A stretch of DNA of 64,000 bases from Lama glama (GCA_028534125.1 CM052819.1:70184001-70248000), one strand, 5' to 3'. Positions 11,681 through 25,949 are shown, counted from the first letter of the stretch. Program-made: numbers and translations. Notes: generated by a model not told the origin, from the letters alone.

Positions 11681-13795
11681 GAAGCGGGTTTCTCATTAAT
11701 ATTAAAATATGCATCATTACATAGAAACGTGGCGTTTCCTCAAAAGATTTGATTGAATTATATTTAGGTGAAAATTCTATTTAAGGCCAGTGAAAGCTTT
11801 TATTGGTTGGAGAGTTAACTTGCCAGTGAGAAAGAATCTACATGAGGGTAAACTGGCAGAGGACTGGCAGACCCCGGTCAGCAGCTCTGAGTCTGCGGGC
11901 TGAACGTGTGGTGAGAGGACTGCTCTGCTAACATGTGCAAGTACCAGTTGGTTTTTCTCTACCTACTCCCTTTAGTCATCTGTGGAAAGGAAACTAATCT
12001 TGTTTTTAGAAAACAAACACATGATCAAGGATAAATCGGCAAAAGTGGATTTTTATGTTTTCATTTCATGTAATTTAGAGTAAGATCTTGTTTTACCTGC
12101 AATACTTATTCCAGGTTTTAAAGAGTGACATAGGCCTCAGAGCCCAGTGTTACCAGGATGTATTTAAATCCAATTAAATGCACTGAAATTCAATTAAACA
12201 TGCTTTGGTTTAATTTTTTTTTTATCACAACAGTTCGTTGAGGTACTACGAAGCTTCAACCAAGTTCTTTGTCTTATTCTTCTGCTATCTCCCACCATGC
12301 CTGATACACAGGTGGCACAAATGAGAGCCCTCTTCCTTTAGGGCCCTGAATAGCTAGCATCTCTTAACCACAAGCTTATCATACTACCTCTAAGCACTGG
12401 ATTATTGGCTCAAAGATCTTATGAACAATGATATCAGAAAGTTATTCCACACGCAATTCTATCTGCTGGTTATATTATTCCCTCACTTCACTTTTTTCCC
12501 CATGAAATAGACCAGATAAATGGTCCCATGACTGATGACTAGTCCTCAGAGGAAAAGGAGCACAGTTGTTACCCTGAGAGGTCACTGCTTTCTCTCTAAC
12601 TAGCCCCTGATGGCAGACACCCTCAGATCTGTTCAACATGAATATGGAGCAAACAGAGAAACAGCCTGGCTGTGAATATTTCTTAACAGTCCACTGTCAC
12701 CATGGGGCTCCCCAGGGTGTCCTCCCAACATCAGACACTCAAAAGCACCATCTGGTTGCTCTACTCCCCAGTGCACCTCCTCGCATCTCCTTCAAAGTTT
12801 TAGCTCCTATCCTGCATGTTTTCCAAGCACTATGGGCAGAATTAGAACCACTTCCTCAGAATAGTTTCTAACATCTCTTTCAATTTTGAAACAAACCAAC
12901 CCCCATATTCAATGGAATTGTAGTGGATCATGTCTAGAGAAACCTTATTGTAATGGATCATGTCTAGAGGTGTGGTTAGGTGCAAAGGACTTATTAGAAA
13001 TTTGTCCTATAGCTCCAAGCAAGACTGACATTTGCTCATAGCACTCTGCGTATTCTAGTGTCACCAGGGAGCAGTTCAAATTAGTTCCCCATTTCCACAA
13101 TGCATCAGGTACATCCAGGAAACTGCCAGCAACTACCAAATAAGGAACTTAAGTAAAGTATCTGTTTTCGATGTATATTTTTTTTCTGTCCATGGGAGTA
13201 AATATAACTTTTGGAGTATCTGGAGAATAAAAGTGGGTTGAAAGGTATGTTCAGGGTGATTCTGAAGAGATTCTGTTTTCAGAAATTTTCTATCTGTCTA
13301 TACAGAAGCCAACACATGACTTTTAATGGTATCTATCTCCTCCTCCAAAAGCTGAGTCTACAGTAACTTTTTGTTATCAGGTTTCGGTGTTAATAGTCTT
13401 CTGTAATTAGAAGTAAAAAAGATACTTAATCTACAATTTCTGGGCTAAATGCAAACCTGGTAAGCTTCAAGAATAGCTAAATACTTTCTTAAAATATGAG
13501 TTATTTCTTTAAGCTGCATGTGAATATTTTGTTGATACCACACACTGAAGACATTCAGAAAGAAGATGGAGGTTTATTGCTGCCAGAAGTTGCAGTTATT
13601 AGATTCATGCAAGATTTCAATATTGCAGTGCAAATCTGGACTAAAGTTGGGTTTGCTCTAATGCTTTTTAGTAAGTCTATTGAAATCATATTATTTAAGA
13701 AAAACACTAGCTGCAATTTATTTGAAAAAGTAGCCCAAGTTAGACCACGAGAGGCCTTTAAAGTGAAGTTGGCAATGAAGAATCAAGTGACTTAC

Positions 13796-13928
13796 AGTGA
13801 ACTGTGATGGCTGTTGAAGCAATCATGCTTTTTTTGTCTATCAGGGAGCATTTGTAGTCTCCTGTTGCATTGCGCCGCACATCTGTCAATGTGTAAGTGT
13901 TTGAACTTCTTATTCCTTCGGGCTGTCC
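13796..13928 (-). CDS. ALCAM: ALCAM exon 8 (Ig domain 3, second half)
   Basis: 133 nt, GQPEGIRSSNTYTLTDVRRNATGDYKCSLIDKKSMIASTAITVH(Y), inside ORF 13758..14009; acceptor tcaaaag|, donor |gtaagt. Confidence 0.98.
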
Positions 13929-14302
13929 CTTTTGATAGAAGCAAAATGTCAGATGATTACACTTGGTAGCTACAATAAGAACAGATGTAGTTCTTGATGA
14001 AAATGGCATTTTCTCAGATAAGAAAAAAAAAAGGGAATGTGTTTCGTCGATTGGACAAATGAGAGTAGAGATTATATTAACTGATTCCTGGAAAAAATAA
14101 TTGACATTTTGGTTCTAAGGAAATTGAGACACTAATTTACATTGTATTGATGACATCTATTTTATTGACAGTATGGCTTGTGTTTGAGTGTTAAAGCAGA
14201 TTTTAAAAAAATGTGTAATATTTCTTTTTTTATATTTATCCCTTGCTTAATTTGACAAAAAGAATTGAGGCACCTGAAAAGAAAACATACCATATATCCA
14301 AA

Positions 14303-14402
14303 TAAAAGAAAAGAAGGAAGGAGGGGAGGAAGGAAGGAAGGGAGGAAGGACGGGAGGGAGGGAGAAAGAAAGAGAGGAAAAAAAAGAGAAAAAAGAAAAG
14401 AA
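14303..14402. repeat. Polypurine tract with (GGAA/GGGA)n units
   Basis: About 100 nt almost entirely A/G. Confidence 0.9.
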
Positions 14403-15440
14403 TTAATAACTAAGAATAAAAAGTATATAGATTAGACAGGAGTATATATTAACAAAAAAGGTAATTGTTGCTAAAACTAAGGCACATATTTGGCTCTGTC
14501 ATCCCTGATAACCAAGTGGAAATAAAATGATTTTCAAATTTTCATTTGCATATTAGACAAAAACAATATGTCAATTTATTAAGGGAAACAAAGTTTTCTG
14601 TCAACATTTAAGTATAAAAGAATCACTTAGAGTAGTCTTCTGAGCGATGCAGTGGATAATATTCTTAAACATTACTGAGCAGTGCAGGGGTGGGGGAACA
14701 TCTGTGAACAGATCCCTGTGGTCAATGCAGTATAGAGATGTACATGGCTTCTCTCAGTGGAGGGTGATGTCAACCACACACCCGGGAGGCTGTGGGGAGC
14801 AAGCAAGTGCCCTCAGACAGAGCTCTCTCCTTGTCTGGCTCCACAGCACTGTGACATCTAGAACAGATCCTAGAGGAATTTTCCAAATTATTCTCTAGAC
14901 ATCATTTCTTCCAGCTATGACATTGATAAAAGTTAAGAAACTGGCTCTTTCAGACCACATATGATGGTAAGATACAGCCCGTCGCTTTATTCTATCAAGC
15001 TGAACATAATCTACAACAGAAATGTCCCTAGATCAGAGGTTCAGGGATGTGTTCACGAAGGCACTGTGGGTATATTTAGAATCCACATCAGACCATTTGC
15101 TGTCATCATTCTTCATTTTATACTTGCCTGCTTCCGAAGAGCAGTCTTATAGTTCATTGGGATAATGAGACCTCAAGTTTCTACCATTATGGTTTCCTGT
15201 GATCAGCTCTTTTCCTCTTTGTCCCTGATCTCACTTAACACTGAGAAAAAGGGAAAGAGCACTGGCAGGTGCCAAAAAAACCTTCAAAGGACATTCCACA
15301 TGTGCCCTTTGGTTCCAAGAATAACATCCTTTCTCACTTAAGCTGCCCAAGTACCTACAATTCTTAATGTCAAGTCAGCTGCCAGACAACAGGACAGAGT
15401 GAGAGTAGTCTAGCTCAAGTAATAATCCTGAAGCACTTAC

Positions 15441-15568
15441 TGGTAAGTAAAACAAAAACTCCTCAGGAGGAGGGTTACCATTTCCTAAGCACTTAAGAGT
15501 GATGTTGTCCCCTTCTTTGATGGCATTTTTTGGTGGCAGCACTTGTATTGTCACCTGCTCGGTAGGAT
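15441..15568 (-). CDS. ALCAM: ALCAM exon 7 (Ig domain 3, first half)
   Basis: 128 nt, (Y)PTEQVTIQVLPPKNAIKEGDNITLKCLGNGNPPPEEFLFYLP, inside ORF 15375..15581; ttgcag| acceptor, |gtaagt donor. Confidence 0.98.
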
Positions 15569-17129
15569 CTGCAAGAGGCACAGACGCAAGTTAACAATTT
15601 TCATCAGGTACCCAATTATTCTGTGCATACAATGTAAATGACTAAATTATACACAATTTTCTCAAGAAGGTAGTAATGGTAATTACTTAAATGTATCTTT
15701 TTATAGAAGGATTGAAGTTAATAGCTACTTGCTATAACAAGTACTAATCTTGGTTAGAGCAAACTACAAAGAGATCCTGTTACATAAAAATCAATTTTTT
15801 CTTAGCAAAATGTCTTTACCTAAAGTAGGAATGACCCTAATTATTTTATGTGTAAAAGAACAGTAGGAAGGGTTCCACTGTATAATCTCATTACAAGGGC
15901 ATTTAACTATATTATATGTATCTTACAGTTTGGAAAGACTGGAGCAGCTCGCAAAGTAGTTAAAATTATTAGGCACCCCTGTACTCATATTGCACAAGAA
16001 TGCCTTGCATTAAAGAAAGAGGGACATGAACCAAACAATACCAGCAAGATGTTTGGCATGCAGAAGAGTAGATCTGCTTTCAAAAAGATGTATCCCACGA
16101 ACTGAGAGAGACCTTTAACACAATCAACAGAACTGTAAATGTATTGTAATTCTTTTCTCTTCATTGGATCCAAGATGCCACTTTTATTCCATTTTGGTCA
16201 TTTTTATGGAGAAAATAGGGCTAACAGGTATTCTTTGGTGGAGGCGACTGTGCAACAGTAGAATGCTAAAGAAATTAAAGGCTGGATACAGTGGACCGGG
16301 TCTAGCAAACAGGAAATAAAAGGAGGTGGTGTTGGCAGTTATAAATGACCCACTTTCTAATGTATCCACTTGTTATGCAGCTGGATGATACAATGAACAA
16401 TGAATTTCGAAACCATACAATGACAAAGGTTTATTTCGGAGAACCTTTTCCATAAGGCTTAATAATTATTGAGGCATGTGTCTATATTTCCAAACTGGCA
16501 GCACTAAAAATAATCCATCTAGGAAGACTTATTTTGCTATTAGCTAATAAAGCAAGACAAATAAGTGGTAGATTTTTGAGGCTTTTTTCTATCTCTTTCA
16601 ATCATATACTTACCTTTCTAAGATTAAAGTGCAGAAAAAACCCTCAAAGGGTTGTTATAGATTGCTTCTTTGACTTTTCTCCATGCTTGGGCATCTCTGA
16701 ATATTTGCCCAGAATGTTCTGAGGCTAAACAGTGATTGGTTTAATATATTTGTTGTTCATTTTTCTGAATTTGCCTGAGGCAGTTCCCTGACTGGCAGTT
16801 TCCAGTAAAGTTGGAAAGTAAAAATAAAGTTTGTTTTCGGTCCCCCGCTGACCTTCCCTTTCGAGGCCTCCCTCCCTTTCCCATGGTCCTTCCTTGCTAG
16901 CATGGTCTGCTGCACATCACTGCCACACATCTCTAACTAGAGCTGACACCAGAATAGAGAGGAGTCATCATTGGTCTGACGTCCTGCTTTATTTCAAAAC
17001 TCCCCTTCTCTGTGCCCCTCTTTCGATAGGCTCTGCTCTATATTGGAGAGTTAAAGAACCAAACTGAAATCAGAGGGTTAATGTAACACATTTGAGTTTA
17101 AACAGTAACTTTCTGGATGCCCACTAATA

Positions 17130-18900
17130 ATGCCTCCAACAACACTAATGATCTCTTGCTCTCACTTTGCCCCTGACTTTGAATTTTACTCTGTCTATCA
17201 GTATATCATCATTCTGCCAGTTCCTCTGGCGTTCTCCTTTGCCCTCTCTTATCCACTCAGTCACCCAGCCTTAATGATTAATCCTTATACTTCATACATC
17301 TGGTTCTCCCCTTCTATTCCCACTAACACTTCCCTAGCGCAGGCTCTAATTAATCCAAACCTGAAACATTGCCATCAGACTTCAATTGGTCCTTCACCTT
17401 GAGGCTTTCTCTTTTCTACTTCTTCATATATATTTTCTCCAAATCAGTTTTTGAAGTAGGCTTTGAGCATTAGAATGATATTTTAAAATCTTCATGCATT
17501 CCCAGCATGTATAAATTGAAATAAACATTTAACCTGGTGTCCACGATTGCCTTGAACCAAGTTCAGGTGAGTCTTCTATCTCACTACTCTATATATTCAT
17601 ACCCAGTACATAATCACACAAATAGTCTACTCAGTTTTTCTTTCTCCCATCTCTCCATTTAATCCTCTTGCCACTCATTTATTTATCTGTTTGGCTAATA
17701 TTTGTTTTGTGTGGGCACTAAGTGCAGGAGTTATAAAGTTGAAAACAGTGCATTCCCTGCCCTCAGTGAACTTCCGGTTTATTTATGATGACATAAAACT
17801 TAACAATTAAGACTGTACCAATGCAAAAACTGCATAAGATGTATAAGCATAGAAATCGCTCACAGACCCACCAGACTGGGAAGATTTCAGTAGGAATTGG
17901 CCCTGGAGCTGGGTTTTGAAGAATAAGGAGGCATTTGCTGGATAATAAAGGTAAGACAGTGACAGGACATGGCCAGGCACGTACATCGTATTCTACAGGA
18001 GGACCCTGGAACCAGGACAGACTATAGAAGGCACTGAAGGGATGAAGGCTGGGACTGGTCGGGACCACGGCTACAGCGGACTCAAGGCATATTGAAATCG
18101 GAAATGTAAAGATAAACCTGAGATATCTGGGGAGCCACTGATGAGTTTTGATCACAGCAGTAACATGTTCACATCTGTGCTTTAGAAAGATGTTTCTAGC
18201 AACAGCTGGCAGGGCAGTTTGGTGTGAACAGACAGGAATACTCTTTCGGAAATTGCTGCAAAAATACTGGCCATGAGGAATGGTGGCATAATCTCAGGCA
18301 GGGTCAGAAGGCAGAATCAGGTCAACACAGCGGTGGAAGTGGTAGATTCTAAACAACTTCATTACTGATTGGATATGGTAAGGGAGGAGTGGACCAGTGC
18401 ATCTTTTTCAGGCTTTCCCAAGATGAACTGATCAAATTCCTTCTTCTTGAATGTACTTTCCATTTAGCTCCTCCTTCTCTTCTCTGAAGTCATCCTAGGA
18501 CAGTGGTTCTCCAAGCGTGGTCCTCAGATGATCAGCATTAGCATCACCAAGGAGCCTGGTATAAATGCAAAGTATTGGGCCCCTCCCCACACCTACTGTA
18601 TGAGAACACTTAGAGCTGGGTCCAGTAATCTATGTTCTAACATGTCCTCCAGGTGAGTCTCACACATACTGAAGTCTGGGAGTCACTGTCCTTGGACACC
18701 TGAGTTTTTAGGACTGTTCACTGAGTGCCTGTGGCACCTACCACTTGCAACCATGCAGTGACAATTTCCTTCTGATACGTGTGTCTTACTTCTCTATTGG
18801 AATAATAAACCCCTTAAATGTCAGACTATGTCTTAAACACTTTTAGGTCTCTGTCATGAAGCCTAGCACTACATACATTGTGCCTTCTCAAAAGCTGTGC
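17130..18900. mobile_element. Nested L2 cluster: plus-strand L2 interrupted by a minus-strand L2 (about 17675-18390) and by MER5A
   Basis: Pyrimidine-rich L2 3' region on + at 17130-17640, resuming at 18400-18900. Between them is a purine-rich antisense L2 (ccctgccctcagtgaactt..., tttagaaagat..., actgattggatatgg). Confidence 0.65.
18501..18688 (+). mobile_element. MER5A (hAT-Charlie) with 8-bp TSD, inserted in an L2
   Basis: 188 bp, cagtggttctc...gagtcactg termini, flanked by tcctagga (18493-18500) and tccttgga (18689-18696). Confidence 0.9.
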
Positions 18901-19534
18901 CAAATGTGCCCTACACAGCCAGTCACAGGAAAATCATTTCTTTCTTATTCATCCAAGGACACTTCCAACTGTCTGTCTCCCCATGTCTGATGCTCACATA
19001 CATTCTCATTCTTCCTTAAGCCAGTTTCCCAATCCTTTTCACTCATCTTGATGTTCTTTCCTATCTTGTACTCCTGTACGTACACCAGAATAGTTTATTT
19101 TCAACTGAATATTTTTGAACAGACAGGATTCTGCTTTCACATACAGAAATAATAGTTTGATTTTAGATAAGCTGTACATGATGAAATCCTCTAAATCCTT
19201 GCTTTTAAATCAAGTTGAAACTTATTGACAACGTGTAAGACAAAACAACCCATGATTGTTAGGGCAAATGGAATTTCAGTTTTCCTCTTACATAGGCTCT
19301 GTACTTTATGGAACCAAAGTAGATATGTAGCTGAGATAAAACCCTTTGAAGGCTCAATGGGCATTTCTATTCTTTCTCTCAAATAGATGTAGAAGTACTG
19401 GGTCATTCTACAACATATGGCAGGACTGCGAGAATTTTTGATTCATTAAAAACTAATAATAATAAAATTTCCTTGTATCTTTCCCCAAAAGATATCTCTA
19501 GTTATCTGTTTATGGAGTAATAGTGATTATATAA

Positions 19535-19940
19535 TAGTAATGACAATAGTACTTAATAACAAGCATTTAATGTGCTATATGTTGTGCTATTTTAGATTTT
19601 TTATTTCACTTAATCTCCATAACAACATCATGAGTTAAGTATTACATTTTTCCTATTTCAAAATAAGAAAACTGAGACCAAGAGGAGTTAAGATTCTTTT
19701 CTAGAAACACATAGCAACAGACAGCACTGGGACTGAGTTGCCAGCATCTTTGCTCTTAGTCATTTTGTTATCTTGCCTCCTGTCTTACAGGAAAGAGCAT
19801 AGCATTGGAGAAAAGGACTCTAATCCGCTTGCTGCAGCTAATTTAGGGCAAGTCTCTAGGTCTCACTTTACTGCTAAGTAAAATAATGGAGTTAGATCAG
19901 ATGATCAAGAAAGTTCCTCTGTCATCTAATATTCTATGTT
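19535..19940. mobile_element. Head-to-head MIR (minus, about 19535-19785) and MIR3-like element (plus, about 19790-19940)
   Basis: ttaatctccataacaac...aaataagaaaactgagaccaagaggagttaag; then ggaaagagca...gggcaagtc...tagatcagatgatc..aaagttcct...attctatg. Confidence 0.7.
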
Positions 19941-20455
19941 TCAAGCCTATGAAATAAAGTTAATCAAAACATGTTGGAATTCAACATTCTATTTAACTTG
20001 TGGAATTGATCTCATTATTAAAATAAATCTGTTTATTAAAATGGAAATCCTATATCTAGAAAACCATCCAGTCATAAGCCTCTATTCATCTGTCATTCAT
20101 TCAGAAAACCATCAGATGGCATTTTAAACTCCTACAAAATCCATGGCTACATGCCAGGGCTGAGGACCACCAGAAGAAATCAGACTAAGTTAGAAATCTT
20201 GTGTTTAAGGAACTTAGTGTCTAGAGGAATACAGAAGAGATGATTATAAATAGCAAAGTAGAGAGTGAAATATATAAGTTGGGTAGGTATTTTTTCTATA
20301 GGTCTTGCAGAGGAAGAGATTATTTGGGTACCATGGAATAGGGATGGGTGTTTGGAAGTAGATTCCAAAGAGCTTTTGGATTAGGACTTAAAATAGCATT
20401 TGAATATTTTTTTCTAATACATTAAAATCGCATGATTATATATTGAGTTACTTAC

Positions 20456-20638
20456 AGTAAATATCAAAGACTGCTTGATCAGAGTAAACTGTTTTCTGGC
20501 CAGTCGGTCCATAATATGTCACAGAGCAGGTGAATGGCATTTGTATGTCAGCCTTGGTTGCCTTGTATTCCAGAGATGAAGTCATGGTATAGAGCTGAGT
20601 TACTGGGTCCATTTGCTTTTTAAAAATTATGACCGCCG
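20456..20638 (-). CDS. ALCAM: ALCAM exon 6 (Ig domain 2, C-terminal part)
   Basis: 183 nt, (A)AVIIFKKQMDPVTQLYTMTSSLEYKATKADIQMPFTCSVTYYGPTGQKTVYSDQAVFDIY(Y); ttcag| acceptor, |gtaagt donor; phase 1 to 1. Confidence 0.97.
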
Positions 20639-21096
20639 CTGAAGAAAATAAAGAACACTAACGGTAGGACCTTTCATCGGAAAATCACAGCCCTTAATGA
20701 AATGTCACAACAACTTTGAGAAGTGGTTTTGTCCTTACTGTATTTAACAGGAGGGAAAATTGACATGTAGTGAGGTAGATGTCTTTTCAAAAGCATGAAT
20801 CAGAGACATGGACAGAAATAGAATCCTGGAATTCTACCTCTCACTCACTTTAATTAACTTCTAGAACATACCATATATAGAAATAATTTGCTCTGCTCTT
20901 GATTCTTCTGCACAAGGTCTAAAACGGTGTTTTTTTTTTCAATCCTTTAATGATTTAATGGATACTTAAAGTAACAAAGTATAGAGTCATAGATCAAAAG
21001 AGGGCCACACATTTAGACTCAGGATAGTCTAAGGAATGCTTAGACAAGAGAAAGTCAAAACAGGTCATCTGAGTTTATTGCCCACTTCCTGCTCAC

Positions 21097-21184
21097 CTCC
21101 TTCAACGGGTTGCAGCACTTTTCCATTCCTGTACCACGTGATGTTGCCATCTGGATAACTGTCTTTTGAAATGCACTCACCCAA
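21097..21184 (-). CDS. ALCAM: ALCAM exon 5 (Ig domain 2)
   Basis: 88 nt, LGECISKDSYPDGNITWYRNGKVLQPVEG(A); ttgcag| acceptor, |gtgagc donor; phase 0 to 1. Confidence 0.97.
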
Positions 21185-21779
21185 CTGCAAAATAAAGAGA
21201 TAATATTACAACTTTGGTTCCATCAGGGGTTGTCCATTTCAAAGCCCCAGGCTCCTCAAGTGATGCAGTTATTCCAGTGGTTCCCTGATCCATTCATTTT
21301 CCAAGCACTGACTAAAGACTCTTGTATAAAAACAATGTCTTGTACTTAAAATCATGGTCTTGTCCATTTTAAAACAGATGCAATAGATGCTGCCACCATA
21401 AATAAAGTCACATTCATTTAAAAGCATTACCAAATTCATTTCAACAGTATTTGTTTTTAACATTAACTAAATAACATAACTACATTAACATTGGCTATTA
21501 CCTTGGTCTGCGAATCTGTGTATGCAAGAATCATTAATGGTGTTAAAATGGGGCTGCTTCTCCAGCTTCATGCTGTGTATATTTCAGACAACACAGACTT
21601 ACCACGCTCTATAGTACCCACCACTTTCCTTCACAGGTGTTTTTAATTGTTAGTGTTTATCAAATAATATTATGCAGTCAAATTTAATCTGATTCAAAGA
21701 ACTCTGAATCTGCCTTTTCTCCCAACTGAGGAAAATTTGGGTATTTTAGCTAGTGAAAACAAGATGATTAATCAAGGGA

Positions 21780-22370
21780 TGTGCTCCTGTATAGGACTCC
21801 AGTTTTATCCCTCCTTCAATACAGACTTCCTTCAAACCTCTGCTACTGTGATTGTTCAAATCTAACCTTATCCCTTTACTTCAACTTTTCAGTAGTTTAA
21901 TTTGTCCATAAGAGTAAGACCACACATTACATATGACAGACGGTTTGTCATAATCCAGCCTTTCTTTAACTCTCCAGATTTATCTCTTACTGCGCTCACT
22001 TGCCCACTGGCTGAACACCCCCAAATCCAGCAATGCAAATAATGGAATGTTTCCCAAATGCCATTTTCTTTTACATCAAATTATTTCATATTGTTGGAAA
22101 GCCCTTTCTACCTTGGGTCTAGAGAGAATCTACTCATCTGTTATTCAGTTCATTCAAACAAGAAAGACCTATGCCTTTTTCACTCTTTCCTCCCGCCTCT
22201 CCCTTCAGAAATGACAACACCTTCGTCTATGCCATCACTCTACCTTGTGCAGACTTTCTGACTGGCACCTGGAACACTGTCAACTCCACAGGGCAAAGTC
22301 TATCAAATTTGTCCTGGCATCTGAGGCCAGGAGAAAGCATTCAACACCAGGCTAAGTAAAGGTTATTAAT
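21780..22370 (+). mobile_element. L2 3' fragment in intron 4
   Basis: ccagcctttctttaactctccag...ggaaagccctttc...tactcatct.ttattcag...aactccacagggcaaag: decayed L2 3' motifs. Confidence 0.55.
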
Positions 22371-22386
22371 CAAAACAAGTTCTTAC

Positions 22387-22451
22387 CTTTTTCAGCTGCT
22401 CTGTTTCGAGAAATGGGGCTTTGCTTACAATTTCAGGTTTAGATGGTTGCT
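22387..22451 (-). CDS. ALCAM: ALCAM exon 4 (start of Ig domain 2)
   Basis: 65 nt, (K)QPSKPEIVSKAPFLETEQLKK; tttag| acceptor, |gtaaga donor; phase 1 to 0. Confidence 0.97.
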
Positions 22452-22849
22452 CTAAAGTTAAGTAGAGAAAGATTTTAAGTACCCGTGGAAGAAGAAAATG
22501 GATGTTTGTGATTTGGTTCATAGAAAAATAATTCACTTACTTAGAGTAGAAAAATCAACAACAAAATAAAGAACAGATTTCCCATATAATCTATAGTTAA
22601 GAAATCTGATTAGTCTACCCCTTTCAAATATTTGTTTTATTAAGTTAAATACTATTTTAAATGCTTATTACTCCTTTGAATAAAATATTGGTAATGTTTT
22701 CTGGATGCTTTATAAACAGTGTGCATGGGTTTTATAGTAAACAGAGGTTAATGTACTCAAGAGGATGTATTATCTGCAAATGATTACCATGTGCACTTTC
22801 TACTTAACAATTTCCAACTCCCAGATGAAGACCTGAATCCACATAAAAC

Positions 22850-22996
22850 CAAATCACAGGGGTGCTTATTTAAAATTATTTCTGAGTCCTACCTGGCCTA
22901 CTGAATCAGAATATCTGGGGAAAATCCTGTAAATCTACTTTTTAAAAACAAGTTCCATTGGGGATTCTTGGACACAGTGGAGTTTAAGAATCACTG
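22850..22996 (+). mobile_element. MER5-family relic
   Basis: cctactgaatcagaatatctgggg...aacaagttcc...gattct...agtttaagaatcactg. Confidence 0.7.
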
Positions 22997-25949
22997 CTCT
23001 AAAATCATAGGAAACACAGAGTAGTTAAGGGATGTAGGAGCCCAAGCCTCCTAGGTATCTCAAACTTAATCTCAAACTTAACCTTTTAAGTGAATTTACA
23101 TCATGAATCTATAAATGTGAGGAAATCTTTCAAATTTGGAACCTGAGATAATGGACAGAAGCATTTTAAACATAAGAAGTTCTGTAAGCACAAATTCTAG
23201 TAAAGGCTTCAGGAAAAACTGATTACAAATTGCAGCAACAAGGTAGCATTTAAACTTATTCTAACTTATTTTATTCTTGGCTACTTGTTATCTATCATTG
23301 ATGGATTTTTTTTTACTTTTTAATTAGCTTTAACAATTAGTCTATAGAAAAATGGATATTGCCTCATTGTCACTGATTTCTGTGAGTCTCATGGAGAACT
23401 ATTCCATTCTCAAACAAATAGGCAAATAAAAACAATCAGCTATTCTTTCTTTCATAGTCTTATTGTCTACCGTCTCCATACTTTTAATTTTGATTATCAA
23501 ACTAAATTGGCTTTTATATAATTTTACTCAATTTGAAATTCAGTTATCAGACATGTTAACTACCCAGACCATCAGGGAAACAAAGATGAAGACAAAATGT
23601 TTTTGGAACAGCAAAATGGGTATCATTAACCTGTATGCAAAAATAATGTAAACTTCTTCAGGTTAACATCCAGAGTTACTTTCTCCTGTGCAGTTATTTT
23701 ATATTAGAAATCAGAATAATGAATAATAATAGTGAATCTGCCTTTGTGTTGAACTCGCACTTTAATTATTGGAGTGCCTATTGACTATTAATTCTAGAAA
23801 TATGATCCTCTTAATACAGTCTCTAAAGAGCAGTTATCTATATTCTAAACACACAGATTAGAAAGAAAACGTAAGAAAGATTTTAAAAATGGAAAAAAGA
23901 AATATAAAAAATAGGCATAACATAGACAATTACATTAAGACAAACAAGAAGTGACACCTGGCTATCTGATTATTAGAAATGTGACCAAGAAATTAGAAAG
24001 AAAACTGACAAAATACTCAAAATAAGTAGCAACTTCTGGGAAGCTTATGGTGGAGGACTAAAGCCTTCTAAATATCAGAAAGTGTTGATGTTATTTACCA
24101 CTATTTTAATATAACTTCACATTAATGTTCATTATTACAACTCTGAGTTACTGATAAAACATTACATTCTTTTAAGAATTCTTCAGCATTCAATGTTTTA
24201 TGGCAAATGCCTAATACATTTGAGAGAGGACTGCATTCAAAAGATTTAAACAGAATGAAAATCTTGAGTGACCAAAGTTCTCTGGGAACTAAAATCAGTT
24301 ATTCAGTGACACCTCCAAGAGAACCGAGGAGAGGTAAGATATTAAATTAATGTATGTGATTAATCAAGAATGAAGATGAACAAGAAAAAAATAGTTTTTT
24401 TGTTTCTTCTTCAGTAATATCTATGCCTGGAATATATAGAGAGATTTGAAAAACCTTCTTCCAAATCACACTCTTAACACAAAGTGTGGGTGAGCAGTTT
24501 TGTTAAGTTGCACTAATTTCTAGTTCACCAAAATCAGATATCAACTCAGTTGGACACATACTCACTTCCTCTAATGTAGAATATATTCCTCTTTTTTGAT
24601 TTGCAAACCCTGTGATGTTTTATCAATGCACATAGAATCATAAATACTGATGTGTTACAATTGTTGGTCCTTTCCACATGGCCACATGTGCCTTGTTTCC
24701 ATAAATGCTTCCTAAAATTTATTCTTATTTCAATAAAACAAAACTGCAGCAAACCCAAGGAAACCTGATGAAAAGATGCTGAAAATTTAGTCCTCTTTGT
24801 AGTGTTATTCATTTTTCTATTTAGAAAAGAGTCATAGCAGGCACTGTGGAAGTAATGGTAATATCTATTGCATTTCTCTTGAGATATTTTCTCCTTAAAC
24901 TTTCGTCTCAAACCCTCTATATTAAATACATACTTTGTATGTAATTTTCTCATATTAGCTTGTAACAATCAATGAGTGTTAGAGGACAATAAAAGAGGAC
25001 ACATACTATTTTAGCAAAATTGCATATTGATTCAAAGTGTTTTAAAAAAAACTTCATGAATTGTGTCTTAATATGATTCAAGGATTCATAACCAAGTGCA
25101 GAATTGAAAGCAAAAGTCACGCTCCAAATTTATTTGCATTATTAAAATAATTTTGTCAAGGGTTTCACAGCCAGGTGAAGATGGAGGGATGAATGCAAAA
25201 CTGCTCTATATCACCCACAATGTACTAAAGTTATTATCAAAAACCATGCAGAGGACGGCTGTTTGACACGGGAGAAGAGCAAGAAAGCACAGGTGCACTG
25301 TGCATTGAGTCAGAGGGGTCCTCTCGTTACTTTGTCAGCAATCACCTCGTGATGTACTTTAAGTAAACCACTGTGAGAGTGAAATCATAGTTTATTGTCC
25401 TCATGAGATGGGAAAAGGTATTTTTTTATATTTAAAGAATCGAAATAAAATATACAGTGCAGATCCCATTGGTTAAGTAGTAAATTTACTTTCTGCTTAC
25501 TTTATTCCAAAAAAAAAATTACCTGCAGTTGGAAGTTGAATAACTTTCACAGGGAGTGTGGGAGAAGGGATCCTCAGTTCTGATAAATCAATGAGAACAG
25601 TCTCCAGATGACAGCTCTGAAATAACTGGGTGAAGCCAACCAGAGCACTGAGAGCAGAGCTGGTTGGTTCAGGTGTACAGTAGGCTCCAAGTCATGGCAA
25701 CAGCCTTCCTTTAATACCACAGACACCCAAGCAGATAATTGTTGCACTGTGGTTGGCAAATGCTATTTTTTTAGAGCTAGAGTCCATCTCCTTTTTGTTT
25801 GTTTGTCTTTCTCCTGAACAAAATATCATGAAATATTCAGTGGGTAGAATTCTAGCTAATTGAGTAGAAGCAGGTCCTCACCCCGCTCAGCCCTCTTCAT
25901 TAGCTTGTCAGGAGGATCCTTGGAACAGAGTGGGGAAACCACCGCCTAA

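Noticed and set aside
12917-12969. Spaced direct repeats as a CRISPR-like array
   Set aside because: Only two copies with a 7-nt spacer, in a mammalian intron.
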